From positions 2,829,688 through 2,861,687 of the forward strand of contig NC_018178.1 of NCBI RefSeq assembly GCF_000279145.1: DNA of 32,000 bases. The letters are read 5' to 3'. This document shows positions 18,600 through 26,828 of this stretch, in pieces (within the stretch, counting starts at the first letter, position 1; each line of letters begins with the position of its first letter). The position numbers and the translations under genes are program-made. The stretch comes from Melioribacter roseus P3M-2. Its GTDB lineage: Bacteria; Bacteroidota; Ignavibacteria; Ignavibacteriales; Melioribacteraceae. The notes beneath the pieces are model-generated. The model saw nothing but the letters and a program-made list of their open reading frames with translations. It was not told the DNA's origin and made no database searches.

Positions 18600-19577
18600 A
18601 TGAGAAATTTTTGCTATCAAAATATTCTGGATGCAATTGGCAGAACGCCAATAGTCAAATTAAACAATATATCCAAAGATCTCAAAGCCGACATTTATGC
18701 CAAGCTTGAATTTATGAATCCAGGCGGCAGTATTAAGGACAGAATTGCCAAGTATATGATTGAGAAAGCCGAAAGGGAGGGGAAAATTAAACCCGGAGAT
18801 ACAATTATCGAAAATTCTTCGGGAAATACGGCTCTCGGATTGGCTATCGTTTGCCGTCAAAAGGGTTATAATTTGAAAATCGTAATCAGGAATACTACCA
18901 GCAAGGAAAAGATTAAAATGCTCGAAATTTTAGGAGTCGATGTAATTAAAGTAGATGCGAATCTGCCCCCCGAAGACCCGAACTCGTACAACAATTATAC
19001 GCTTAATTATGCGAAATCAAATCCATCTGTTTATTATATCGACCAGCATAATAATCTTGATAATAACGAAGCTCATTATATGACCACCGGACCAGAAATA
19101 TGGGAACAGATGAACGGCAAAATCGACTATTTGATAGGAGCTTTCGGCACGGGAGGAACAATTTCGGGTACGGGCAGATTTCTAAAAGAAAAAAATCCGG
19201 AAGTTAAAGTTATAGGCGTCGACCCTGTCGGTTCGGTATTCTATGAATATTTTAAAAATAAAAAGTTGATAAAACCTTCGCGATATTTGATCGAAGGCAT
19301 GGGCGACGAGTTTCTTATTAAAACAGCTCAATTCGAGTATCTCGACGATATGTATCAGGTCGACGACAGGAAAGCTATCGGCTGGACAAAAAAATTGGCC
19401 TACGAAGAAGGCATAATAGCGGGAGGTTCGAGCGGCGCAAATATTTGGGCTGCCGTTAAATTAGCAAAAGAAATCGACAAGCCTGCAAATATCGTTACAG
19501 TCATTTGCGACAGCGGATATAAATATTTTTCCACTATCTATAACGACGATTGGCTCGCCGAGCACAATCTGATCTAA
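18600..19577 (+). CDS. PLP-dependent cystathionine beta-synthase / cysteine synthase family enzyme (no CBS-pair domain)
   Basis: The PLP-lysine motif is PGGSIKDR. Also present are SSGNTALGLA, GTGGTISG, GVDPVGS and EGMGDEF, which resemble the core CBS/MccA-type more than canonical CysK. Confidence 0.8.
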   Translation: MRNFCYQNILDAIGRTPIVKLNNISKDLKADIYAKLEFMNPGGSIKDRIAKYMIEKAEREGKIKPGDTIIENSSGNTALGLAIVCRQKGYNLKIVIRNTTSKEKIKMLEILGVDVIKVDANLPPEDPNSYNNYTLNYAKSNPSVYYIDQHNNLDNNEAHYMTTGPEIWEQMNGKIDYLIGAFGTGGTISGTGRFLKEKNPEVKVIGVDPVGSVFYEYFKNKKLIKPSRYLIEGMGDEFLIKTAQFEYLDDMYQVDDRKAIGWTKKLAYEEGIIAGGSSGANIWAAVKLAKEIDKPANIVTVICDSGYKYFSTIYNDDWLAEHNLI

Positions 19578-19582
19578 ATTAA

Positions 19583-20419
19583 ATGCAAGATTTAATTTCA
19601 GAAAATATAATCATTCATAAAAATAATTCCGCTCTTTCGGTTTCTCCTCGATACGGAGGCAGAATAGTCTCTTTTAGCTACAAGGACGTCGAACTGATTC
19701 GTAACAATTCGGACAATTTACTTTCGGTCGGATCTACGTTTTGGACCTCGCCTCAATCTGTTTGGAACTGGCCGCCTCCGGCAACAATCGATTCTTCTCC
19801 TTATACCTTTAAAAGAGGCGATAATTCCATCCGACTTACAAGCGGTATCGACAAATTAACCAACTTCATAGTAACTAAAGAAATTGCTCCTCACGATTAC
19901 GGCGATTCGTTCGTTATAAAATACAAGATAATCAATTGTAACGCCTTGCCAGTTTTTACGGCTCCCTGGGAAATTACAAGAGTTAACAAAGGGGGAGAAT
20001 TTTTCTTTCCGTCTGAGGACGAAAAACTTATTTCCAAAACATTCGAACTGTCGAATACTGAGAAGCAAGGAGAAATTTTCAGATATAAAAGCAGCGTAGG
20101 CGAATTGCTAAATAAGCCGCAGCTTACTACATCGCAAACATCGTACGGATGGACGGCATATCTGCGCAACGATTTAATTTTCATCAAATTATTCGAAAGG
20201 ATTAATAAGGGAGAAGCCGCGCCCGGCGAAGGCGCCGTTTTGTTTTATGCGAGCCACGACGACGATTTTCTGGAACTGGAAAATCAGGGGAAATTCAAAA
20301 AAATTTTGCCCGACGAAGAGTACGAATACAAAGTAATATGGACTGTCGTAGAAACCGACCCAACCGCGTCTTTCGAGGAAATTATATCCGTTGTCAAAAA
20401 CCACGTCTCTAAATTCTGA
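19583..20419 (+). CDS. Hypothetical protein, possibly with a DUF4380 / galactose-mutarotase-like fold (tentative)
   Basis: It starts 5 nt after the preceding gene and uses the same codon style. The N-terminal pattern S..GGRIVSF......L........GSTFW.SPQS.W.WPPP..ID reminds me of DUF4380-type proteins. I cannot confirm this without a search. Confidence 0.5.
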   Translation: MQDLISENIIIHKNNSALSVSPRYGGRIVSFSYKDVELIRNNSDNLLSVGSTFWTSPQSVWNWPPPATIDSSPYTFKRGDNSIRLTSGIDKLTNFIVTKEIAPHDYGDSFVIKYKIINCNALPVFTAPWEITRVNKGGEFFFPSEDEKLISKTFELSNTEKQGEIFRYKSSVGELLNKPQLTTSQTSYGWTAYLRNDLIFIKLFERINKGEAAPGEGAVLFYASHDDDFLELENQGKFKKILPDEEYEYKVIWTVVETDPTASFEEIISVVKNHVSKF

Positions 20420-20505
20420 ACTTACTTATCAAATTATTCCGAATCCGTTTTTTTAGTATGTCGGGATTGCATAATTTAAGGGTAAGAAAAAAATAGGAGT
20501 GTGTC

Positions 20506-21822
20506 ATGTCCAAAGAAAAAAAGAACAATCAGATAATCGATGAATCGAAATATTCGATGGGCACTCATCTGATATACGGGAAATACAAAACCGATAAATG
20601 GGACTATGCTCATCACGTAACGGCTCCGATTTCATCTTCCACTACATTCAGACTCGATTCGGTTGAAAGGGGGGCGCAGGGTTTTTCGCAATTTGCAAAC
20701 ACAAAGATTTTCGGAGAAGGTCAGCCGATTTTCATCTATGACCGTCTCGGAGAGCCGAATAAGGATATGCTCGAAGAAAATATAGCCTATGTCGAAAAAG
20801 GCGAAATGGCGGTCAGTTTTGCCAGCGGTATGGGAGCAATTTCTGCAATCCTCGGAATCCTTACGAAATCGGGCGACGAAATTATTACGCACAATACTTT
20901 GTACGGTTGTACTCTGTCTTTGTTGAGTAACTGGTATCCGAGGTATAACATCAAATGGAATCCCGTCGACTTGAATAATCCAGATAATATCTACTCAATG
21001 CTAACGGAGAATACTAAAGTTATTTATTTTGAGACCCCGGCTAATCCCAACCTTGAAATTATCGACATAGCCAAAGTTCGCGAGATTGTCGATAAAATAA
21101 ATTCTCAAAGGAACCCTGAAAGCAGGATTAATATAGTAATCGACAATACATTTGCCACGCCTTACTGTCAAAGACCGATAGAACTGGGAGCCGATTTTGT
21201 CGTTCACTCGCTTACAAAAGGGATAGGCGGTTTTGGCACCGATATGGGCGGAATTGTAATCGGCAGGAAGGAATATCAGGATATGCTGCAATTGTACAGA
21301 AAAGATTTCGGCGCCGTGCTCAATCCAAAGAGCGCATGGTCTATTTTAACATACGGGCTGCCCACGCTTCCAATCCGAATGAAAAAACAAATTGAAACTG
21401 CTGCGAAAATAGCAGAATTTCTGAATACTCATCCTAAAGTCGAGTTTGTAAATTATCCGGGTTTGAAAAACTTTAAACATTATGAATTGGCAAAAAAACA
21501 GATGGTCGATTTCGAAGGAAATTTTGCCCCCGGCAGTTTGATTTATTTCGTAGTCAAAGGCGCTTCTCCGCTCGAAAGTAAGAATAACGGCATTAAACTA
21601 ATGGATTATGCAGCGGAACATGCTTACACGATGACGCTTGCTGTTAGTTTGGGACATACGAGAACATTGATTGAACACCCAGCTTCGATGACTCATTCGG
21701 TAGTGCCTCCGGAACAACTTGCAGACAGGGGAATTGACGCCGGCGGAATCAGAATAGCCGTAGGACTCGAGAATGCCGACGATATTATTCAAGACCTGGA
21801 AAATTCGCTAAAAGTAATTTGA
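20506..21822 (+). CDS. Cys/Met-metabolism PLP-dependent enzyme (methionine gamma-lyase / O-acetylhomoserine sulfhydrylase-like)
   Basis: It has the trans-sulfuration family layout: Y.R.GEPN, SGMGAI, LYGCT, FETPANPNLEI.DI, DNTFATPY.QRP.ELGAD.VVHSLTK and HPASMTHS. The segment after the PLP lysine (HSLTKGIGGFGTDMGG) is atypical. Confidence 0.8.
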   Translation: MSKEKKNNQIIDESKYSMGTHLIYGKYKTDKWDYAHHVTAPISSSTTFRLDSVERGAQGFSQFANTKIFGEGQPIFIYDRLGEPNKDMLEENIAYVEKGEMAVSFASGMGAISAILGILTKSGDEIITHNTLYGCTLSLLSNWYPRYNIKWNPVDLNNPDNIYSMLTENTKVIYFETPANPNLEIIDIAKVREIVDKINSQRNPESRINIVIDNTFATPYCQRPIELGADFVVHSLTKGIGGFGTDMGGIVIGRKEYQDMLQLYRKDFGAVLNPKSAWSILTYGLPTLPIRMKKQIETAAKIAEFLNTHPKVEFVNYPGLKNFKHYELAKKQMVDFEGNFAPGSLIYFVVKGASPLESKNNGIKLMDYAAEHAYTMTLAVSLGHTRTLIEHPASMTHSVVPPEQLADRGIDAGGIRIAVGLENADDIIQDLENSLKVI

Positions 21823-21828
21823 TAAAAG

Positions 21829-22962
21829 ATGATTAAGTATTTCCTGCTATTGTTTTTTATAAACATCTGCATTTTTGCTCAAAACGGTATCAGCCGCAGC
21901 TATTATCCAGACGGCAGCATCCGGTCCGAAATCTCTTATGTAAATGATGTTTTGGACGGAGCTGCCGTTGAATATTATCCGAACGGCAATTTAAAATCCT
22001 TCAAAGAATTCAGTAACGGCATTCTGCATGGCAAGGTTATATTTTATTATCCGGACGGTTTGATCGAACGGGAATACGACGTCAAGAACGGACGGAAAGA
22101 CGGAACGGAACGCATATATTATTCTAACGGTTCGCTTAAGGTAATTACAGTTTATGAAAGCGGTAAATTAATAAGGCGAAACCGCTTCGATGTCGATCCA
22201 CAATATAAGCCATTGCCGGAGCAATACCTGGCAGGCAACAAACAGAGGGAATTGATAAAAAGAAAAAAACAGGAACTAATCTGCGACGCCGAAATTTGTC
22301 CTGTGCCAATCGACGGCATCGAATCAATCCAGAAAAATCTGGTTTATCCCGAGCATGCTCTGCTCTACGGACTCGAAGGCGAAGTGATACTAATTGCCAC
22401 TGTCGACAAAGAAGGTAATGTAAGAGACGTTGAAGTTGTAAAAAGTCTCGGACTCGGTTGCGACGAGGCGGCGCAGGAAGCTGTCAAAAAAACTAAGTTT
22501 ATTCCGGGGCAAACCGCAGGCAAACCTGTCGAAAGCCGCGTTACGCTCTATGTCCAGTTTAAAATATTCGACAGAACTCTCGCGGCAAAGAATCCTGATG
22601 TGTTAAACGACGAAAAAAATATTGAAATTCAAGCTCCGACCGGTAATTTAACTAAGACCGAGATCCTGTGCGATAATGAAGAATGTCCTTATCCGAAAGG
22701 AGGAGTAAAAAGTATAAACGACAATCTGGAAATTCCTCAGATTGCAAAAAGACTTAAGCTGAAAGGCGAAATTATTATCGAGGCGGAAATTAACGAATTC
22801 GGAATAGTTGTCGACACAAAGATTTTAAAAGGAATCGGTTACGGCTGCGACGAAGCCGTCGAATCGGCTCTTTATAGAACGCCTTTCAATCCTGCAAGAG
22901 ATAACGGGAGGGAAGTAAAATCCCGCGTAAAAATAATTTTCCCGTTCAGCTACGAAGGCTGA
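21829..22962 (+). CDS. MORN-variant (YwqK-like) repeat protein fused to two TonB C-terminal-like domains
   Basis: It begins with the signal/anchor MIKYFLLLFFINICIFAQ. Four or five repeats of the YYPDG/YYPNG...G..G type follow. Two modules then begin C-x3-C-P-x-P and contain YP..A...GLEGEV.....V...G.V.D..V.K..G.GCDEA..EA.....F.PG, which is TonB_C-like. Confidence 0.7.
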   Translation: MIKYFLLLFFINICIFAQNGISRSYYPDGSIRSEISYVNDVLDGAAVEYYPNGNLKSFKEFSNGILHGKVIFYYPDGLIEREYDVKNGRKDGTERIYYSNGSLKVITVYESGKLIRRNRFDVDPQYKPLPEQYLAGNKQRELIKRKKQELICDAEICPVPIDGIESIQKNLVYPEHALLYGLEGEVILIATVDKEGNVRDVEVVKSLGLGCDEAAQEAVKKTKFIPGQTAGKPVESRVTLYVQFKIFDRTLAAKNPDVLNDEKNIEIQAPTGNLTKTEILCDNEECPYPKGGVKSINDNLEIPQIAKRLKLKGEIIIEAEINEFGIVVDTKILKGIGYGCDEAVESALYRTPFNPARDNGREVKSRVKIIFPFSYEG

Positions 22963-23561
22963 ATTAGGTTGCCGATAATAGCCTTAAATTCTTCCTCGAT
23001 AGCTTTTCCCCGGTTCCTGCCGTACCAAAGATGCAATTCCTTCATAAATTCTTCTTTCGACTTGCCCGCTTCCTTGGCTCGAATTATTAAATCCTGAGCT
23101 TCTTGGGGACGCGGGCCCCACTGGAACAATTCATTCCCTTCGTAATCGAAGGCGACTAATTTAGGTATGCTTCTAGAACCGTTTGTCAAATAAAGATCCA
23201 TTATATCCAGGTTCTTATCTCTTTCCAATATCTTTAATTCTATTATCGGATTACATTTGGCAATTTTATTTATATAAGGCAGCGTCTGAGCGGAATCGCC
23301 GCACCAATTTTCAGTCAATACCATCCAGAGCTGGGGCGTATCTATTTTTTTTGCCATTTGACAAAGTTCGTCATTTACAACGTAGCTCTTTTCAATCCGC
23401 TGCGATCTTTGAAAATTCATCATCATATAATCAAGATTCGGATCGTCTATTTCGTCCAAATTGCTTTTTATCATTTCGACTGTATTTCGAAAATTGTCCA
23501 TATATTCTTCGTAAGTCATTCCGTTGTGAGGACGTTTTTCGAGGAAAAACTTCTTTGGCAT
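22950..23561 (-). CDS. Thioredoxin-fold family protein with monothiol WCGDS motif
   Basis: The segment LTENWCGDSAQTLPYINKIA...SIPKLV...WGPRP resembles a Bacteroidota-type thioredoxin-like family. The second ATG (23561) has a GGAGA RBS 5 nt upstream, whereas the first ATG (23573) has none. The 3' end overlaps the convergent TonB-like gene by 13 nt. Confidence 0.7.
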   Translation of the reverse strand: MPKKFFLEKRPHNGMTYEEYMDNFRNTVEMIKSNLDEIDDPNLDYMMMNFQRSQRIEKSYVVNDELCQMAKKIDTPQLWMVLTENWCGDSAQTLPYINKIAKCNPIIELKILERDKNLDIMDLYLTNGSRSIPKLVAFDYEGNELFQWGPRPQEAQDLIIRAKEAGKSKEEFMKELHLWYGRNRGKAIEEEFKAIIGNLIQPS

Positions 23562-23709
23562 CGATATCTCCATTTTCTAATTGTACTAACAGGATTCAAG
23601 AATGTACTTTTTAGTGTACATCCTACTGTCTAATATATAAAAAAACCGTATTAAGAACTTCCATTTACGGCATATTTATTGCCACAAAAATAAGAAAAAG
23701 GAGGTTGTC

Positions 23710-24465
23710 ATGAAAAAGACGATTTTTATCTTAATCCTTTGGACATTGGCAACGATAAATTTGGACGCTACATATCGAAACCGTCCCGATTTTTACAGAG
23801 CATTGAAACCTTACGGCGAATGGATTATGCTCGGACATAATATAACTGTTTGGAGACCGACTTTTGTGCATACGGACTGGAAACCATATATGATAGGTCG
23901 CTGGAGATGGACTTCAATCGGCTGGTACTGGGTATCTTACGAACCGTTCGGGGAAATAGTTTTTCATTATGGCAGGTGGGAATATCATCCGAGATACGGT
24001 TGGATTTGGTTTCCTGACGACGAATGGGGACCGGCGTGGGTCGAATGGAGATACGACGACGACTATATCGGATGGGCGCCGATGCCCTATACTTCGCAGT
24101 TCAGACTCGATATCGGCTTGAGAATCTCTTTTAAATGGATTACCATTCCGGATTATTGGTGCTTTGTGCACTATAAACATTTCTACTCGAGAAATATCCG
24201 TGATTATTTAATTCACGAAAGACATAAAAGAGATATTTTCTACAGACCCCATTTCAAAAAACGCCATTTTGATCCGCCGCGAAAGTATTATATCGATAAA
24301 AGAATGAAGGATTATGAATTACGCGAGAATAATAAAAGAAGGGAATCAAAATCCGAGATTCGTCATTACGGAAAAGACGTCGGAAGAGATAACGAAGATT
24401 TCGATCGAAACAACGGAGATAACTCCCGACGTAAAAGGGACGGAAAAATTATCAGAAGAAGATAA
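23710..24465 (+). CDS. Secreted Trp-rich protein with highly basic, charged C-terminal tail; conserved family of unknown function (tentative)
   Basis: A strong RBS AAAGGAGG precedes it and it has the signal peptide MKKTIFILILWTLATINLDA. The core has many W/Y/G motifs (GRWRWTSIGWYWVSYEPFGEIVFHYGRWEYHPRYGWIWFPDDEWGPAWVEWRY..DYIGWAPMP). The last 80 aa or so are Arg/Lys/Asp/Glu-rich. Confidence 0.6.
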   Translation: MKKTIFILILWTLATINLDATYRNRPDFYRALKPYGEWIMLGHNITVWRPTFVHTDWKPYMIGRWRWTSIGWYWVSYEPFGEIVFHYGRWEYHPRYGWIWFPDDEWGPAWVEWRYDDDYIGWAPMPYTSQFRLDIGLRISFKWITIPDYWCFVHYKHFYSRNIRDYLIHERHKRDIFYRPHFKKRHFDPPRKYYIDKRMKDYELRENNKRRESKSEIRHYGKDVGRDNEDFDRNNGDNSRRKRDGKIIRRR

Positions 24466-24474
24466 TTAAACGCG

Positions 24475-24516
24475 GCTGCCGGATATAAATCCTTTATATA
24501 ATTCTTATCCGGCAGC
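24475..24516 (+). terminator. GC-rich hairpin downstream of the Trp-rich gene; possible terminator
   Basis: GCTGCCGGATA (24475-24485) pairs perfectly with TATCCGGCAGC (24506-24516). The 20-nt loop has an inner ATATAAA/TTTATAT pairing. Only a weak T-tract (TTCAATTT) follows, so the assignment is tentative. Confidence 0.4.
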
Positions 24517-24587
24517 TTCAATTTGCATAATGCCCGTTTCTATTTTTATATTGCCTACCTAAAATAACCCGCTTATTAGGGATTAAA

Positions 24588-25487
24588 ATGAAAAACGAAG
24601 CCTTACTACATACTGATTTCGACAATTTGCAATTATTTAAAAGAGGAAAAGTCAGAGATATATACGACCTCGGGGAATATTATCTGATTGTCTCGACAGA
24701 CAGGATATCTGCTTTCGACGTAATTATGAACGAGGGTATTCCAAATAAAGGGAAAGTATTGAATCTGATCTCTGCCTTCTGGTTCGATTTTACTAGAGAT
24801 ATTGTGGATAATCATAAGATAACTATAAATACTGACGAATATCCTGAAGAATGCCGGCAATACAAAGACGTGTTGAACGGCAGGTCGATGCTGGTAAAAA
24901 AAGCCGAATTAATACCTCTCGAATGCATCGTAAGAGGATATATAACCGGATCGGGCTGGAGCGATTACAAGAAAACGGGTAAAATATGCGGAATAGAACT
25001 TCCCGCCGGTTTGGTCGAATCTGAAAAATTACCGGAACCGATTTTTACTCCTTCCACAAAAGCCGAAATCGGTCTGCACGACGAAAATATAACGGAAGAC
25101 GAAGCGGTTAATATTGTAGGCAAAGAAGCTTTTGAATTTATGAAAAATACTTCTCTGAAATTATACAAAAAAGCAGCCGAATATGCGCTTTCCAAAGGAA
25201 TTATTATCGCAGATACGAAAGTTGAATTCGGGTATTACGACGGTAAAATAATATTGATTGACGAATTGCTCACGCCGGATTCGTCCCGATTTTGGCCGCT
25301 CGAAAACTATGAAAAAGGGAAAACACAAAACAGTTTCGACAAACAATACGTCAGGAATTATTTACTGTCGATTAATTTTGCCCAAAAGCCGCCTGCTCCT
25401 CCTTTGCCTGAAGATGTCATTTTGAATACTAGTAAAAAATATTTGGAAGCGCTTAACAGGTTGACCGGTATAACTCATGTTCCCTGA
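24588..25487 (+). CDS. purC: Phosphoribosylaminoimidazole-succinocarboxamide (SAICAR) synthase
   Basis: The motifs GKVRDIYD...[29 protein letters not shown] and ADTK.EFG are typical of long-form PurC. Confidence 0.92.
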   Translation: MKNEALLHTDFDNLQLFKRGKVRDIYDLGEYYLIVSTDRISAFDVIMNEGIPNKGKVLNLISAFWFDFTRDIVDNHKITINTDEYPEECRQYKDVLNGRSMLVKKAELIPLECIVRGYITGSGWSDYKKTGKICGIELPAGLVESEKLPEPIFTPSTKAEIGLHDENITEDEAVNIVGKEAFEFMKNTSLKLYKKAAEYALSKGIIIADTKVEFGYYDGKIILIDELLTPDSSRFWPLENYEKGKTQNSFDKQYVRNYLLSINFAQKPPAPPLPEDVILNTSKKYLEALNRLTGITHVP

Positions 25488-25773
25488 AAAAATAACCGCA
25501 GGCAAAAATAATTTTGTTATAAGCTGGTCGGACGGAGCGATATCGGAAATTAAATACGCTAACTTACGAGCTTTATGTCCGTGCGCTTCATGCCGAGCGG
25601 AAGCCGAAAACAACGGAAAGAATTATATTCCGATTTATTCCGAAGCGGAGATTACCGTGGATCGGATTGAGCCGGTCGGAAATTATGCCTTGAAGATTAT
25701 CTGGAAAGACGGTCACGACACCGGTATTTATGAATTTAACTATTTGACAAAAATCGCTGGTCTGAAAACCTGA
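25477..25773 (+). CDS. DUF971 domain protein (gamma-butyrobetaine-hydroxylase-like N-terminal Zn-binding domain)
   Basis: The pattern I.WSDG..S.....[11 protein letters not shown]......[12 protein letters not shown] matches the DUF971 pattern. It overlaps purC by 11 nt. Confidence 0.75.
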   Translation: MFPEKITAGKNNFVISWSDGAISEIKYANLRALCPCASCRAEAENNGKNYIPIYSEAEITVDRIEPVGNYALKIIWKDGHDTGIYEFNYLTKIAGLKT

Positions 25774-25774
25774 T

Positions 25775-26371
25775 ATGCTACTTCCAAATCAATTAACGGT
25801 ATTAAGAATCATACTTACTCCCGTCTTTTTCTTCCTTTTCCTTTCGGGCGAACCTTTGTTGATTCAAATTTCTGCCTTAGTTTACATTATCGCGGCAATA
25901 ACCGACTGGTACGACGGATGGCTGGCCAGAAAATTCAATTACATCACCGAATGGGGTAAATTCCTCGACCCTTTAGCCGACAAAATTCTTACGTCGGCAG
26001 CTTTCCTCGCTCTTGTCCTCGTCGGAATTCTCGAACTCTGGATGGTGTCGCTTATTATTTTCAGGGATATTCTGATTACGGGATTAAGAATCTGGGCAGA
26101 CTACAAGAGAGTATCGTTTTCCACGAGTAAAACGGCAAAGTGGAAAACTTTTTTTCAAATGGCGTTCCAATATTACTTGTTGTTGATTTATACATTGAAA
26201 AGTTTCGATTCGCTTAACAGAGAATATACCCGTTTATTTGAAATATTATTCGATAAGGATTTTATTTACTATACAATGCTGGCAATTACGATTTTCACTG
26301 TTTATACTGGTATAACTTATTTTATTTCAAACTGGTCACTAATCAAAAAAATAATTGGCTACAAAAATTAA
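25775..26371 (+). CDS. pgsA: CDP-diacylglycerol--glycerol-3-phosphate 3-phosphatidyltransferase
   Basis: The CDP-alcohol phosphatidyltransferase motif DWYDGWLARK(x8)GKFLDPLADK is present and the body is multi-TM. Adjacency to pgpA supports PgsA over other family members. Confidence 0.85.
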   Translation: MLLPNQLTVLRIILTPVFFFLFLSGEPLLIQISALVYIIAAITDWYDGWLARKFNYITEWGKFLDPLADKILTSAAFLALVLVGILELWMVSLIIFRDILITGLRIWADYKRVSFSTSKTAKWKTFFQMAFQYYLLLIYTLKSFDSLNREYTRLFEILFDKDFIYYTMLAITIFTVYTGITYFISNWSLIKKIIGYKN

Positions 26372-26813
26372 TAATCTGGAAAAATTAATCGGGTCGGGAA
26401 TCTACAGCGGTTATTTCCCGTATTTCAGCGGCACTGCGGGCAGCATGGTCGCATTAGCCATTTATCTGATACCCGGTTTCGAAAATCCTGTTGTAATGCT
26501 CTTATTAATTTCCTTTTTTATTTTGACGGGACAAAAATTAGCCCTTAAATTCGAGAAGCGTTACGGAATCGATCCGAAAGAATTTACGCTCGACGAATTT
26601 ATAGGAACCTGGATTTCATTACTTTTTATACCCAAAATTATTTGGTATATTTTACCTGCGTTTATTTTATGGAGATTGTTCGATATATTGAAACCATACC
26701 CTATCAAAAAACTCGAAAAAGTCGGCAACGGCTGGGGCGTTTTGTTGGACGATATTGCGGCGGGCTTCTATACTTTTTTCTTAGTCCATATATTATTTTA
26801 TTTTTTCAATTAA
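26355..26813 (+). CDS. pgpA: Phosphatidylglycerophosphatase A
   Basis: The PgpA hallmarks are LIGSGIYSGY.P...GTAGS, DILKPYPIKKLE and GWGVLLDDIAAGFY. The TTG start is tentative. It overlaps pgsA by 17 nt. Confidence 0.8.
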   Translation: MATKINNLEKLIGSGIYSGYFPYFSGTAGSMVALAIYLIPGFENPVVMLLLISFFILTGQKLALKFEKRYGIDPKEFTLDEFIGTWISLLFIPKIIWYILPAFILWRLFDILKPYPIKKLEKVGNGWGVLLDDIAAGFYTFFLVHILFYFFN

Positions 26814-26828
26814 ATCAGGTCTTTTATC

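Noticed and set aside
20420-20505. A possible SAM-type riboswitch or leader upstream of the methionine-gamma-lyase-like gene; a weak AATCC...GGATT hairpin with the T-run in its loop.
   Set aside because: Only 86 nt are available. I could not find conserved SAM-I/SAM-II/SAM-SAH core sequences or a convincing multi-stem or pseudoknot arrangement. A covariance-model scan (Rfam) would be needed to revive this.
23183-23633. Two plus-strand ORFs (143 aa and 91 aa) opposite the thioredoxin-like gene.
   Set aside because: They overlap each other and the minus-strand gene, which has a clear Trx-fold motif. Their translations look like shadow frames with no RBS, so they are probably not coding.
24517-24587. 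A possible purine or ZTP riboswitch upstream of purC.
   Set aside because: I found no match to the guanine/adenine aptamer core or to the ZTP (pfl) motif (GGGUCGUGAC...CCGCCUGGGC-type) elements. The region is short and AT-rich and is better explained as a promoter plus RBS.
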